From Ginglymostoma cirratum (lineage: Eukaryota): a stretch of DNA of 64,000 nucleotides. The position numbers were made by a program, and so were the translations under genes. Positions 51,518-63,891 of this stretch are shown piece by piece. Numbering within the stretch: position 1 is the first letter of the stretch; the number at the start of each line of letters is the position of its first letter. The notes under the pieces are model-generated. The model did no database searches and was not told where the DNA came from. It saw only the letters and a program-made list of their open reading frames with translations. The stretch is from NCBI GenBank assembly GCA_024137785.1, contig JAHRHZ010000025.1:25474110-25538109 (forward strand), in the 5' to 3' direction.

Positions 51518-52185
51518 ATGAAGACAGTCGACAGCATCAATTTCCTGGGGCTGATGACTGCCAACAAAATTTCATGGTCCACCCATGTCAATGCGATGGT
51601 CAAGAAAGAACATCAATGCCTCTACTTCCTCAGGAAGCTAAGGATATTTGGCTTCTCCACAAGGACTTTTAGCAATTTTCATAAATGCACCACAGAAAGC
51701 ATCCTATCTGGATGAATCACAGCTTGGTATGGCAACTGCACTTCCTAAGACTGTAAGAAACTACGGAAAGTCGTGAACAAAGCCCAGTTCATCATGCAAA
51801 ACAGCCATCCATCCATTGACTCCATCTATACTTCCCGCAGCCTCAGGAAAGCGAACACCATTATCGAAGACCCTTCCCACCCCAGAGAGACCCTTCCTCT
51901 CTTCCACCCTCTTCCATGCAGCAGAAAATATAAGTTTGAATACATGTATGAACAGATTCAAGATCAGCTTCTTCCTGATTGTTATCAGGCTTTTGAATGA
52001 ACCTCTCAAATGTTAATTCTGATCTCTCTCTCTGCACCTTCTTTACAGCTGTAACACTGAAACAAAACACTCTGTCCTGCTACCCTGATGCACTTTGTAT
52101 GGTCCGATCTGCCTGTATGGCATACAGAAAATAACACTTTTCACTGTATCTTGTACATGTGCCAAAAATAAATCCAATCTAATTT
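51518..52185 (+). mobile_element. Rex1/Babar-type LINE 3' end
   Basis: VDSINFLGL..ISWSTHVNAMVKKEHQCLYFLRKLR..NFHKCTTESILSG*ITAWYG, then NTIIEDPSHP..LFHPLP; tail aataaatccaatctaat. Confidence 0.8.
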
Positions 52186-52784
52186 AAGTAACATTCACTA
52201 TGATGATATCATACAGGCTTGCTGGGGGATCAGCTTACAATCTGTAACAAGACAAATCATCCAGGTCTTCCTCATATTCTCTATCCTATAATTATAACTT
52301 GTATTTAGTTGCTATCAAACAACAGCTACACTTTTTTGAAGACGGGAGCTTGTTGCACGACCAAAGGCTTTTCCTCACAACACTACACCAGACAGGCCTT
52401 CGAGCTCCCAACCAGGAAAGGGGATGGTGGCAACAAATCGACATGATACCTCAGACAACCCAATTAGTTGTCATGCAGAATCATCTTATAACATAGTGGC
52501 AGGTGGTGTAGACTCCACTTTGCTGCCTCCCTCATGCTGGCTGAGATGGATGAATGAAGATATCCCCAACAATAGCTTTCAGAAGGCTACTCCAGACAGC
52601 TGGGGGTTGGAAACAACAAACTGGCAGGACAGAACCTCAAAACAAGACTCAGCAAGGCGGAATCTCCAGCTGATGATAAAAAGTAGTTCAGACCTCTAAG
52701 AGATGCACAGCACCAATAGTGACTGCAAGAAACTGGAAGCCTAGTCAGTCCAAGACAGTTACAGTTTGCATTGGTGTTGATGAT

Positions 52785-53445
52785 CTAGAACATACAACAT
52801 AGAACAATACAGCTCAGGAACTGGCCCAGAATATCACCCCTCCCTAATGTTACCATCGCCATGGTGAATATTGATGCAAAGTGCTCATTAAGGACCTCAC
52901 CCACTTCCTCTGGCTCCTTGAATAAATTCCCTCCTTTGTCCTTGAGTGGACCCACCTTTCCCCTCATTACCCTCTTGCTCCTAATATACATACAAAATGT
53001 CTTTGGATTCTCCTTAATCCTGCTTGCCAAGGACATTTCGTGACCCCTTCTAGTCCTCCCAGCTTCTTGTTTAAGATCTTTTCTGCTTCCTTTATATGCC
53101 TCATGGGGCTTGTTTGATTTGAATTTCCTAACCCTTACATATGGTTCCTTTTCTTTTTGACTAACCTTTCAATATTTCTTGTCAACCAAGGTTTCCTAAT
53201 CTTGCATCTTTATCTTGTATCCTCACAGGAACAACTGAACTCTGATCAACTGGCATTTAAAAGGCTCCCACATGTCAGATGTGAATTTTTCCTCAAACAG
53301 CCATCCTCAATCTAATTTCTCCACTTCTTACCTATCGCTGTTATAATTAGCCATTCCCCAGTTCAGCAATTTCTTCTGAGGACCAGTCTTATCCTTATCC
53401 ATAACTATCTTAAAACTTACAGACTTATGATCACTGCTCCCTATG
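52785..53445 (-). mobile_element. Internally deleted CR1 (EN-RT linker fused to 3' tail)
   Basis: ORF 52785..53036 SLASRIKENPKTFCMYIRSKR..GPLKD..GEVLNEHFASIFT, immediately followed by gggccagttcctgagctgtattgttctatgttgtatgttcta tail. Confidence 0.75.
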
Positions 53446-56400
53446 GTTTATAGGAATAGTCCCAAACTGAAGTTCAGCCAGAAAGTAAACCGACATTAGA
53501 GTCTCCTTGAATAAAATTGAAATCCTGGTGGGCAAGGGGAAAACTTTAAAAACTAGCACAATTTTCAGGCTGTGAATGCTAGAAGTAAGCTCACATCAAG
53601 TGTCATGACTATTGCAAGGTGGCACCATAAGATATAGTTGCACTAAGGGAAATCAAGGCCTGAACACAAGTTTAGAAAGAGTTCACAGATCTAGGAAGTC
53701 ACAAAGCCAGAATTAAAGAGATAGAGAGGCAATTTGGAAGCCTGAACAGACAAAATCTACCAAAAGATGAAGTTAGGAAGTATTGAGGTTGCTGAAAACT
53801 ATTACTTCAACCGCAGTAAAGACGGTGAGCATTCATTTAAACAGCACACAGTGGGACTCATTCAGAATAAAATGTGACAGCAACAGGGGTTATATTTAGT
53901 TACAGACAGTGGTTATCTTGTCGGAAAAGTCATTAAAGTCACCAAATTTATCTTGTAGAACCATAGAGAGTGCAATTCAATAAAGCTGGTAAGAAAATGT
54001 CAATTGCTGTAAAGCTGCAGGCAGCCAGATTCATTCAGTAAAGCTAGTAATGAAATACAGTTAGCAGGAATCATGTACAGAAGCTGAAAGAAAAGCAAGA
54101 ATGCTCAATTTTTTACCTCAGAAGATAGAAATCCTTCATTTTACTTGCAAATGGAAGGATTCCCTTGTTTTGTATGCAAAACTGCAGGAGAAATCATCCA
54201 TTACAGCAGTACACAGTCATTGCATCACTATATTGCAGAGGAATGGGGAATCCATATATAATTTCATTAATGTTCTAATCATGAAGACTTAAAGTCTTAT
54301 AATTATAAGAGATATAATTATTGATGGAATTGTTGATGAGTCTTTATTAAAATTATTAGTCAATAGGAAATTTTACTCTAGAGAAAGCCATTCAAAAAGT
54401 GAGTAAAGCAGAGGTCCAGAAGCAGCACAAGTCAGTTCTAAAAGGAGAGGGACAACGTTCTCACATGAGATCAGCTGAATCTGTTCAGTTCTTAGGAGTC
54501 AGAACTCTCACAGACACATGTGAGAAACCAATGCTACAAGTAGGTCAGACACCAGATATTAATAGTCATTGTCCTCATTTTGGAGTGCAAACTTGACAAA
54601 TTTAATGCTTTATCTGTAAAACAATAGGTCACTTTCCAAAGATGTGCTGAAGATAAAATATGGTCTCAGACCAACAAAGAATCAGGTAGCTACTCACACA
54701 GAGAAGATCATGAGGTGGAATGCAATTACAATAGAAGAAAAGCCAATATTTCCCCGAGTTATTATCAGATAGCATCTTTTGGTTGAATAAGCACTGCCTA
54801 CCATTAATAATAGTGCAATGGCATGGTCCAGAAGACATAGCACATAATATCAAAGATATACGACAATCAACTATCCATACACAAGGAATGTGACACAATA
54901 GAGAACTTATACATATTTCACAAGCAAGAATTCATATTCTTGAGCATGAATATGTGTTTTGACCTGAATCTTTGTTAAATAGTGAAAGGAGTCAAACCTG
55001 TTAATATTAAGAAACCATGGGTCAAAGCAAAATCAGTCATGGAGCAATAGGTGAAAGAATATTTGGTTACTGAATAGCCAGTCATGGAAAAACAAGTCAA
55101 ATGACAACTGGTAAAAGATTTTATAGGGTTCTCTAGACTCATGGCAGAAAATAAATAGAAAATAGCATCCTCTGAGAGTAGCTATGTTGGCATAAAAGAA
55201 ATTGTTCCCTGTGGTGAATAACGTGGAAACCTGCATCTGTACTGGATTGGCAGAAATATTTTCCGCTGCTGTCAACGCTATAGAGAATTCAGAATCAATA
55301 AAGTTTGCAAGGAAACAGAAATGATGAGATTGCTGATGAGCAGCATACCCTACTTGAGCTTATTGATGAATCTTCAATTGACACAATTCAGAGAGCAATG
55401 CAGCTTGGAGAACAAACAGTAATGACAGAGTTAAATCCAATGTCAGATGCTCAGGTGATACCGACGATGTAATTTCAAACAAAGAATTTCATTTCCTTGT
55501 CTTCTCAGTTAGAATTTTCAGTACCAGTTGACCTTCCAAGCAAAAAGCAAGCTTCAGATAGTCCGAGAAAGTGAGAATACTTATTTCATTAGTAATGCAC
55601 TCACAGGTAATGAAGGAGCCATCTGAATCACCAAATTGAAATTAGAGGTGTGTGTACTTCAGCACAAATTTATCAGCCAATAGAATAGAGTAGAAATCTG
55701 CTGACACAAATTGAAGAATCCATGGAAGCACCAATGGAAAAGCAATATCCAAATTCAATATCCAAAGATTCGGGGCATGGTCAAAAGGAAATTGTCCGGT
55801 TCACAGACCTAGCATACTGCTACGAAGAAATTACCTGGCTGTGATTCAGAATACCATGAAAAGAAAGTGATTATTTCAACAGGGCAATCAGTTGAGTGAA
55901 AGAAATTTGTGAAATTAATGGTCCTTCAGACATTACAATGGAGCACTTGCTTGTTTCAGTAGGACAGACATCTTCAGTGAAACAAATTCAAGAAATGAAA
56001 GGTCTTCCAGGTAAAGGGATTTTCAGACCTCACACTGTCACAAAAAGAATCAAAATCAACAGTATCCAACCCCGAACTTTACCATTTTCTCATGTCCAAA
56101 GAAAATAGGCTCTGAGCGAATAGTAGTTAAACCACTCGATTGCTTGAGTTTTGTTTTGAGTATTGTTTGAAGTCAGAGACTTGGAGGCATATTATGTCAT
56201 GGTAAATTTAATTATAGAGATAAATAAGTGGATATTTACAATGGGAAACAAGCTTGGGATGGTGGGGCTGGTGGTGGAGATGTTGTTTGAGAGTGTGAGG
56301 GCATGGAAAGATTAATACAGAGGAGTGTCTTAAGCACAATCCACAGGCTTGCTGGGAGAACAGTTTACAATTTTGAACAAGTAATATCTATGTCTGGTCT

Positions 56401-56919
56401 GTCTCTGTAACAATGTCTATCATATTAATGTGACCTGTATATAGTTGCTACCAAGCAATAAATTGCATCTTGTTTCAGACAGCAGCCTCTTCTCATTATA
56501 TGACTTAATGGTTTTCCTATGCCAGACTAAACCAAGCAGGCCCTGTAGTTTCCTACAGGAAAGAGATGATGGTGACAAATCTAACAGAAGACTCATACAA
56601 CATGATAAACAGTGATGATCATCTTACAACACTGTTATCCATAGAGAACAACATTTCCATTTTTTTTCCATGTATAATATTAAGTAACTGTATGAAAGGT
56701 ATTTTCAACGGCAGCACTCCCAGGTAGAATGCAAGGAAAATCATTCACTGGTGATGAGCAGTTTCTTCAGAATGAATGTCCTAGTAAATCTGATTTTACA
56801 ATGGGAGACTGAAGTGAGAAATCTCCTTCATATATATTACATTTCTTTCTTTAAGCAAGCTTTAAAGCACAGCAATAAGCTAATTTTGCCACCTCCATGC
56901 TTGGTGTGGAGGCTCATTG

Positions 56920-58142
56920 CTGCAAGATATGGACAATATCTAGGTTTAGGCTGACGAGTGGCAAGTAACATTTATGCCACACAAGTAGCAGGGAAAGACA
57001 CTCTCCAACAAGAGAGAATTTTTCCTTTTTCTTTGTTCATGGGATGTGGATGTTGCTGGCTAGGCCAGCCTTTATAGCCCATCCCTCATTGGTCAGAGGG
57101 CAGTTAAGAGAAAACCACATTGTTGAAGATCTGGAGCGGTGTGTAGACCAGACAAGGTGTAGATGGCAGATTTCCTTCCCTAAAGGATATTAGTGAACAA
57201 GATGAGTCTTTACCACAATTCACCATTATGCCAGCCCCTCCCCTTTAGCCACCTGATAGTCCACCTAACGTAGCCATCTAATCTAGCCATTGACCCTTGA
57301 CATTCAATGGCATTACCATCACTGAATCCCCCAATATCAATATCCTTATGGTTACCATCGACCAGAAACTGAACTGGACTAGTCAAATGAATACAATGGC
57401 TACAAGAATAGATCTGAGGCTTTGAATCCTACAATGTGCAATTCACCTCCTGACCACCATCTATAAGGGCCTGTCCACCATCTATAAGGCACAAGTCAGG
57501 AATGTGATGGAATACTCTCTATTTGCCCAGATGAATGCAGCTCCAAAACCACTCAACAAGCTTGACACCTTCTTGGATAAAACAACCCATTTGACTGGCA
57601 CTATATTCACGTACTTTCACTCCTTCAACTACTCATTCTCAGTAGCAACAGTCTAATGAGTGTTAGTGTGGACCACCTACAAGAAGGAGCAGAAATTCCC
57701 TTAGACAGCATCTTCCAACCCCACAGCTAATAACATCCGAGGTTACCATGAAGGTGCAGCCTTCTCAACCTTGCCTCTCACCTTAGGCTTGAAGACCATC
57801 AGATTAAACTTAACACTAGCACATCTAATGAGAGAATAGACATATGGTTCTCTGGAATTATGGCGACTTTATCTTTCCTTCGAGTATGATGGGGGCAGGA
57901 AATACATCAAACACCATCAACTATTACTTCTCCTCCAACCAGACTTCATAATATATAATCGTTCCTTCACTGTCGCTGGTCAAAATCCTGGAATTCCCTC
58001 CCTAACGGCATTGTGGGTATACCTACACCACATGGACTGCAGCAATTCAAGAAGGCAGCTCACCACCTCAAGGACATTAAGGGATGGGCAATAAATGCTG
58101 GCCCAGTCAGCGATGCCCTCACACCATGAAAGAAAAGAAAAT
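56920..58142 (+). mobile_element. LINE 3' portion of the same family, with an inverted SINE fragment at ~57020-57225
   Basis: gaccagaaactgaactggac, gtgatggaatactctc and tail gggcaataaatgctggcccagtcagcgatgccc are shared with 45826-46290. Confidence 0.75.
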
Positions 58143-59399
58143 GGGAATGCACTCATGAGATGGGCCACATCATCGCATCAATTCTGATACTCAGGTTCCA
58201 ATTGAGGTGCTTTAAATTAGAATCCTCTCATTGCAAAACGATCCTTTAGATTTCACCAGAGTATTTCAGATAATATCAATTAGCCTGGAGTTAAGTCGAA
58301 GAAAATCAACCATAGTAACCACATCCTGACTGGTAATTCTGGAATATATTTGTGCTCGTATTTGTTGGAAGGTAGGACTAGGATCAGCTACACCCTGCAA
58401 TTAAACAACTTGTAGGCAATAACTGTCAAAACTCTCAGATGATTAATGGATATTTGAGCTAGATACAGGATTGTGTCCTGTGACTCTGGAACCGAAGACT
58501 AATACCTCACAAGAAATGGGGTAAAGTGAAAATGGCAAGAAAATCCCACAAAGTTAAATTCTGTAATTTAAATTCAAAATCTTTACATCTGGAAATGCTT
58601 TTGAATTGGGTAACTGAAGCTTGATGCTTTTTGTTCATAGATTGTAGTGAAATGAAGCCATGTGACATACTTGATCAAAGAGGTTTAGGAAAATACAGTA
58701 ACAAAAAGTAGCTCACTTTAATCAGTGTTCTGAATCCTTCTGAATCAATTCTATTGAGAAATGATCAGCAAGAGGCAAAAAGAGATTGTTAGCCTTGTTT
58801 TATTTAATATCATGCAGAAACAGCTATTCTTGTTCTTGCTGAAACAAGCAGAAATATTCTGAAGCTAGAGTGAAAGAAAGAAATATCTTGATTTGTCTTG
58901 TCAGAAGAAACAAGATAATTTTCAGAGATGTGCACTACCTTATTTGCATTGGAACGTTTTATCAGATTAAGGGCACTATCTAAATGCAACTTCTTCATGC
59001 ATTGTGTATCACAGATAATACTTCCGTACACAACATGGCGCAAGTGCAAGAAAGACAATGTGAAACTATGGTCGTGACAACTGAGTGATGCCAGATGTTA
59101 CTCAGGTTTACTGATTTCCAGACAAATTTCTCTTTTACTTTGCTGAGAAGAAGAAACATGAAAACCCAGCATAGCTTTGCACACCATCAGTAATCACACC
59201 CATGCAGGTGTGGTTAACAAGCACATAAAAAGTGAAAGTGATGAACAATTAGCGTCCACTTTTTGGAAAGGACTGGTCTGATCTCAAATTGTTGATTTCA
59301 GTGTATTATCCACTCTGACACATGTCTTGTGATTTGCAGTTGAAAATATTTCATTCACTTTCATTTATGTGCGAAGACGAGTCACTGGCTCATTATCAT

Positions 59400-59716
59400 C
59401 AAATCCCTACAGTGTGGAAACAGGCCCTTCAGCCCAACAAGTCCACACTGCCCCTCAGAGCATCCCACCCAGACCCATATCTCATAACCCAACTAATCTA
59501 CACATCCCTGAACACTATGGGCATTTAGCATGGCCAATCCACCTGGCCTACACATGTTTGTGACTGTGGGGGGAAACCAGAGCACCTTGAGGAAACCCAT
59601 ACAGATGCAGGGAGAATGTGCAAACTCCACACAGACAGTCACCTGAGGGTGGAATCAAACCCAGGTCCCAGGTGCTGCGAGGCAGCAGTGCTAAACATTG
59701 AGCCACAGAGCCACCC
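59400..59716 (-). mobile_element. Near full-length HE1/V-SINE-type SINE
   Basis: Inverse homolog of 49950-50138 plus tRNA head (gtggctcaatgtttagcactgctgcctcgc...gggtttgattcc). Confidence 0.8.
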
Positions 59717-60297
59717 TGATCTGGCAGTGCTTCATCCTATACTTCTTGTCAGTGATTCTTCACCACTGCCTTCCACTTTCACAAGCAGAGTAAGGAGACA
59801 GAGCAGAAATCGGACATGCGCTGTTGACAACGGTCCAGAAATTCCATTTACTGTCAGGAGTGGGACATCACATTTGGTGAGTTTGGTGAGTTTGGTGATC
59901 AGGTCAGGTACTGTTAGAGATTGAGATGTGGAATTGGTGGAGTCAGGCTTAACACTAACTTTTCCTGGACAGCTATGAAACTTATGTGAGTCACAAACCT
60001 CTGAATTCTCTGACATAAGGGGCTTTTCCAGGGTGTTTCAGACGAAGGGGAATTACATCTTGGAAAATTTCCTGAGTAATTCCCTTGGAGCCAGCAGTTA
60101 GAAATTTTGCACAAACTCTGTATGCTATCTCAGTCTATGCAGCTTCAATGTCTCCTTGGTCACTGGAAATCTGGATTTCATTCTGAACCACAAACTAGTT
60201 ATTGGGCCATCTGAGTTAACCCTTTACCATATCTGAACACGCTCAAATTTAAATACAGCAACTCTGGCATAAGTAAATTCACAGGACCACACATTAT

Positions 60298-60435
60298 TGT
60301 TCTGAGGAAGGGTCACTGGACCCAAAACATTAGCTCTGTTTCTCTCTCCACAGATGCTGCCAGACCTGCTGAGGTTTTGAGCCATTTCTGATTTTGTTTC
60401 TGATTTTCAGCGTCTTCAGTTCTTTGGATTTTTTT
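60298..60435 (+). mobile_element. Penelope-type terminal repeat (subfamily B), hammerhead decayed
   Basis: CTGAGGA-A-GGGTC-ACTG-GACCC-AAAAC-ATT-AGCT then cacagatgctgccagacctgctgag. Confidence 0.75.
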
Positions 60436-60774
60436 TGTTCAGTGTAGAAACAAGAACCTTGGAGCAGGAGCAGACCATTCAGCTCTTTTAGCCTGCTCCA
60501 TCGTTCAATACGATCATGGCTATTCATCCTCAGTTCCTCAGGTTTTTTTCACACTTTATTGTATCGCATTTAATTTTAATATTTTGCACCACATTGGGTT
60601 TGAACACCAAAATACTTGGTAATTAGATGCACCAGGTCAACTCTGCAATCAAAATTTTTGTTTGAATGATCAAACCCAGTTTGGGAAGCAATTTGTTAGG
60701 AATTTTGATTTGAAGAAGATGGGAGAATGTGTTTACAATTAACAAGTTGTCAAGAACACAATGGAGCCTTGTGT

Positions 60775-61105
60775 TCATAGTTAATTAAGGTATCAGTCTT
60801 GGCAATGAGTCAAATGTTATGAGTTCAAACTCCTCAGACTTGGAGCACAGAATGTAGCCTGATACTTTCATGCAGTCCAGGCTGAGTGCGACAGTTTTGG
60901 ATGAGAGATTAAAATGAGGTTCTGTCAGTGGTATAAAAGATCAATTGAAAAGCAAAGGAATTTCTTAGTGCACTGGTTAACATTTATCACACAACTAACA
61001 TCATTGAAACACTGACTATGCTTCAAAAGTACTTTTATGGGCTGTGAGGCAGTTTGGAATATCCTGTGGTTGTAAGAGGCACTATATTAATGCAAGTTAT
61101 TTCTT
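60775..61105 (+). mobile_element. Deu-domain SINE, decayed
   Basis: gagttcaaactcctcagacttggagcacag...ggatgagagattaaaatgagg...cttcaaaagtac...actatattaatgcaagtt. Confidence 0.55.
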
Positions 61106-61639
61106 TCATTTCAATTTGAATCTTGTTTAAATTAAATTCGAATTTTCAAAGGAAGACAAAGATACAGACTAGCTGATGTGAAACGTAAGAGAGGAAATTG
61201 ATGGAAGGAAAGAAAATGGTTCCCTCTTTTAAAAAGTAAAAGTGAAGATACATTCCCATTAATCGAGAACATGATTGAATAATGCAACAATCTATGATAT
61301 GAAAGATTCATAGTTATGGACTTTGTCTGACCTCTGTAATTAATTTACCATCTTTCACCTTTTCCAAGTACATTTTGGGCTCGATTGCTCCATTTGCAGT
61401 TGTAGTGTGCTGCCAAATGAGTTTCATGGCATTTGATTGCCATGGCCTGTGGTGAATTTTCTTATGCAATCTTTTGCTTTTCACCTAATTAATTATACCA
61501 CTAAGTTTCTCAGGAAATTGCATTCCAGAGCAAGATGGAAATGTTCACCCCTTGCAAGCCCTTTGGCTTACATGCCTCTGGCACCGTGGTTAAGCCGAGT
61601 TGCACATGTCATACATTTCAAGCCAGGAACTACGTCTCA

Positions 61640-61900
61640 ACCTGTGGTGCTCAACTTTGAAAATACCTCAGTAGAACAGCACATTCACTCCTTACTTCCA
61701 GGACAGGGATCAGGAGGTGTGGGTGGACAAAGTGTTAGACAGGAGGGCAGAATGTCTACAGCTGATCACTACAGGGGGCAGTGCCAACAGACCTAGATGG
61801 CCTGGACAGAAATTGCAGCATGCGTCTGTGTCTTGAAAGGAAGAGACTCCTCAGGGTGATGTAAGAACGACAATAATCTTCTGAGCTTAGTAAGGATAAG
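61640..61900 (+). mobile_element. Myb/SANT-like remnant, probably from a PIF/Harbinger-type DNA transposon
   Basis: 61797-61895 reads MAWTEIAACVCVLKGRDSSG*CKNDNNLLSLVR, resembling AW..IA..V....R...QC.K..NDL; upstream LNFENTSVE; frameshifted and stop-containing. Confidence 0.4.
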
Positions 61901-62959
61901 TAGGGCCATTTTCACTCTGCTAACTCATGCTCAAGGGCAGCACTCAGCTTAACCCACTGGCACATGCTACAGCTTTGACCTTGATGTAACACAGAACCAT
62001 ACAGTCGCAAGTCATTCCCTGCCTGACTGATAGATTGACTTATTCAGTGCACCTCCACATGCTGTCTGCTTCTCCCTTTCCTCTAAGAATAAAACTGCAG
62101 AAGCTGACAAGCCTGTTACTCAGTGCTAAAGTCAACATGTGCTAAGAAAGCAACATGAAATAGACAGAGGCTTGCAGCCAAATGAGTTCTGTATCCATGT
62201 CAGCACAAAAGCATCCTGCCTTGTGCATGAAATGTGCAGTTCTTCATGCTTGAGAAGTGAGTTGGCAGAAATGAGTAAGTTGCAGGTATTTGCCAGCTGC
62301 AGGCCCGAAGCAGTGTCTGATTTGGTTCAAGAGCAAGCATGATGATATTGGGAGGCTGGTAGCTTGCTAATGTGGAGTTGCATGGGTGATGGGTTAAGGA
62401 GGATAGTGGTTGTGCACCATGCAGGGACACTGTGCAGAACAGACAGTGCATGATGGCTGGCCCACACAGTCAGTGAGCTGCAGCTGCCAGGTACCCGCTC
62501 TGACTTAGCTGTTTGGAATTTGTGCTGTCTAGCTTCTTGATGCAGGAAGGGAGCATCGCAAGTGGGAGGGTTCTGCTCTGTAGAGAAGATAAATGAAGGT
62601 TTGGTGAAAGGGGAGTTTGGTGAGAAGAGAAGAGGGGTTCTATTCCCTTTTCTTTGTCTTCAGCATCCAGGTGACCGGCAGTTGTAAAGCTGTCATGAGA
62701 AGGGAGGGTGGGGGTGGTTAGGGTTTGATTACATTCAACAGAGACATGGCAGGGAAAATATAAGCTCAACAGGGGTTGGGAGGCAGCACAGGAAAAGTGT
62801 CGGACTGCCTTGGCACGTAAGGCCAGGGAAGTATTTCTCCCATGTGGTCGTTAAAGTAAAATTGGTCTTTGGATTAAGAATGTTTGAAGCATAAGAAAAT
62901 AAAGTAAGCTCCCTGGTATACGTTTAACATTCTTTAACCTCGGGGAAGTAAATAGAAAG

Positions 62960-63891
62960 ACATGTATTTAAGGAGAAGTCATGGCAAAGCAGCTTAATTC
63001 GGTGGAATGCTCCTCCTGTGCGATATAGGAAATCAGGGGCACTATCAGTGTCCAGTGTGAAGATATAGGCAGGAGGTTTCTCCAACTGAGGTTACAGGAA
63101 ATCCACATTTTGCCCCTGGAGGTTTGGCTGGAGTCACTGTGGAGCATCTGCAAGGCTGAGATCTTTGTGGATAGCATGTAGATGAGGTGGTCACACCACA
63201 GGTGAAGAGTGCAGAGGCAGAAAGGGAATGGGTGACCGCCAGTTCAGAGTAAAGCCTACAGGCAGGTGGAGCAGGAATCCCCTGGGCTATCACGCTCTCT
63301 AACTGATTTTTTTTTTATTGAATGACTCCAGGACATCCTAAACAGGAAGGGAGAACCACCCAATTTCATGGCCCATGTTGGTACCAATGACATAGGGTAG
63401 AAAGATTAGGGTTAATAAATATATTTTAAAAACAGGACCTCAAAGGTAGTAATGTCAGGCTTATTCTTGTAAATGTTTGGAAGGTTGGGAATAGGAGAAA
63501 AGACTGAATGTGTGGCTGAAGGGATGGTGTAGGAAGGAGGGATTTAGATTATTAAGGCATTGGGACCAATTCTGGGGAAGGTCTCTTTTGTATAAACTGG
63601 ATGAGTTGCATTCCAGCAGGACTGGGACCAACATCCTTGCAAGGTATTTGCTCATCATTGGGTGTAGGGATTAAATCACGATGGCAGGGGAGTAGGAACC
63701 TTGCTGAGGAGACAAGATGGAAATGAAAAACAGAAAAGTGGAAAGCAAAAGTGGAAGATAGAGGAAACAAGTTCTAACAGTGAAAAGGACCATAGTACAA
63801 AAAAAGTGCTAAAATGTCAAGCAGGCAAGTCAAAAGATGCTATATTCAAATACGGAGAGCATTCGCAATAAAGTGGACAAATTAGCAATGC
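62960..63891 (+). mobile_element. Decayed CR1 5' portion: ORF1 (Cys motif and SGNH-esterase-like region) and start of ORF2 endonuclease
   Basis: ECSSCAI near 63004; NVWLKGWCRKEGFRLLRHWDQFWGRSLLYKLDELHSSRTGTNILAR at ~63507-63645; YSNTESIRNKVDKL at ~63843-63885. Confidence 0.7.

Larger units (their letters stand above)
51380..56631 (+). mobile_element. Old LTR retrotransposon remnant (two diverged LTRs; internal region decayed)
   Basis: Direct repeats 52213-52493 and 56343-56631 (ACAGGCTTGCTGGG ... tagttgcta ... caggaaag.gatg ... catctta.aaca). AGTGTCTTAAG at 51507 and 56324 extends the left LTR across the Rex1 insertion. PBS-like TAGTGGCAG follows the left LTR. Confidence 0.6.

Noticed and set aside
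61765-61785. CTCF-like ACTACAGGGGGCAGTG
   Set aside because: Mismatches at the 5' core positions and lies in a probable transposon remnant.
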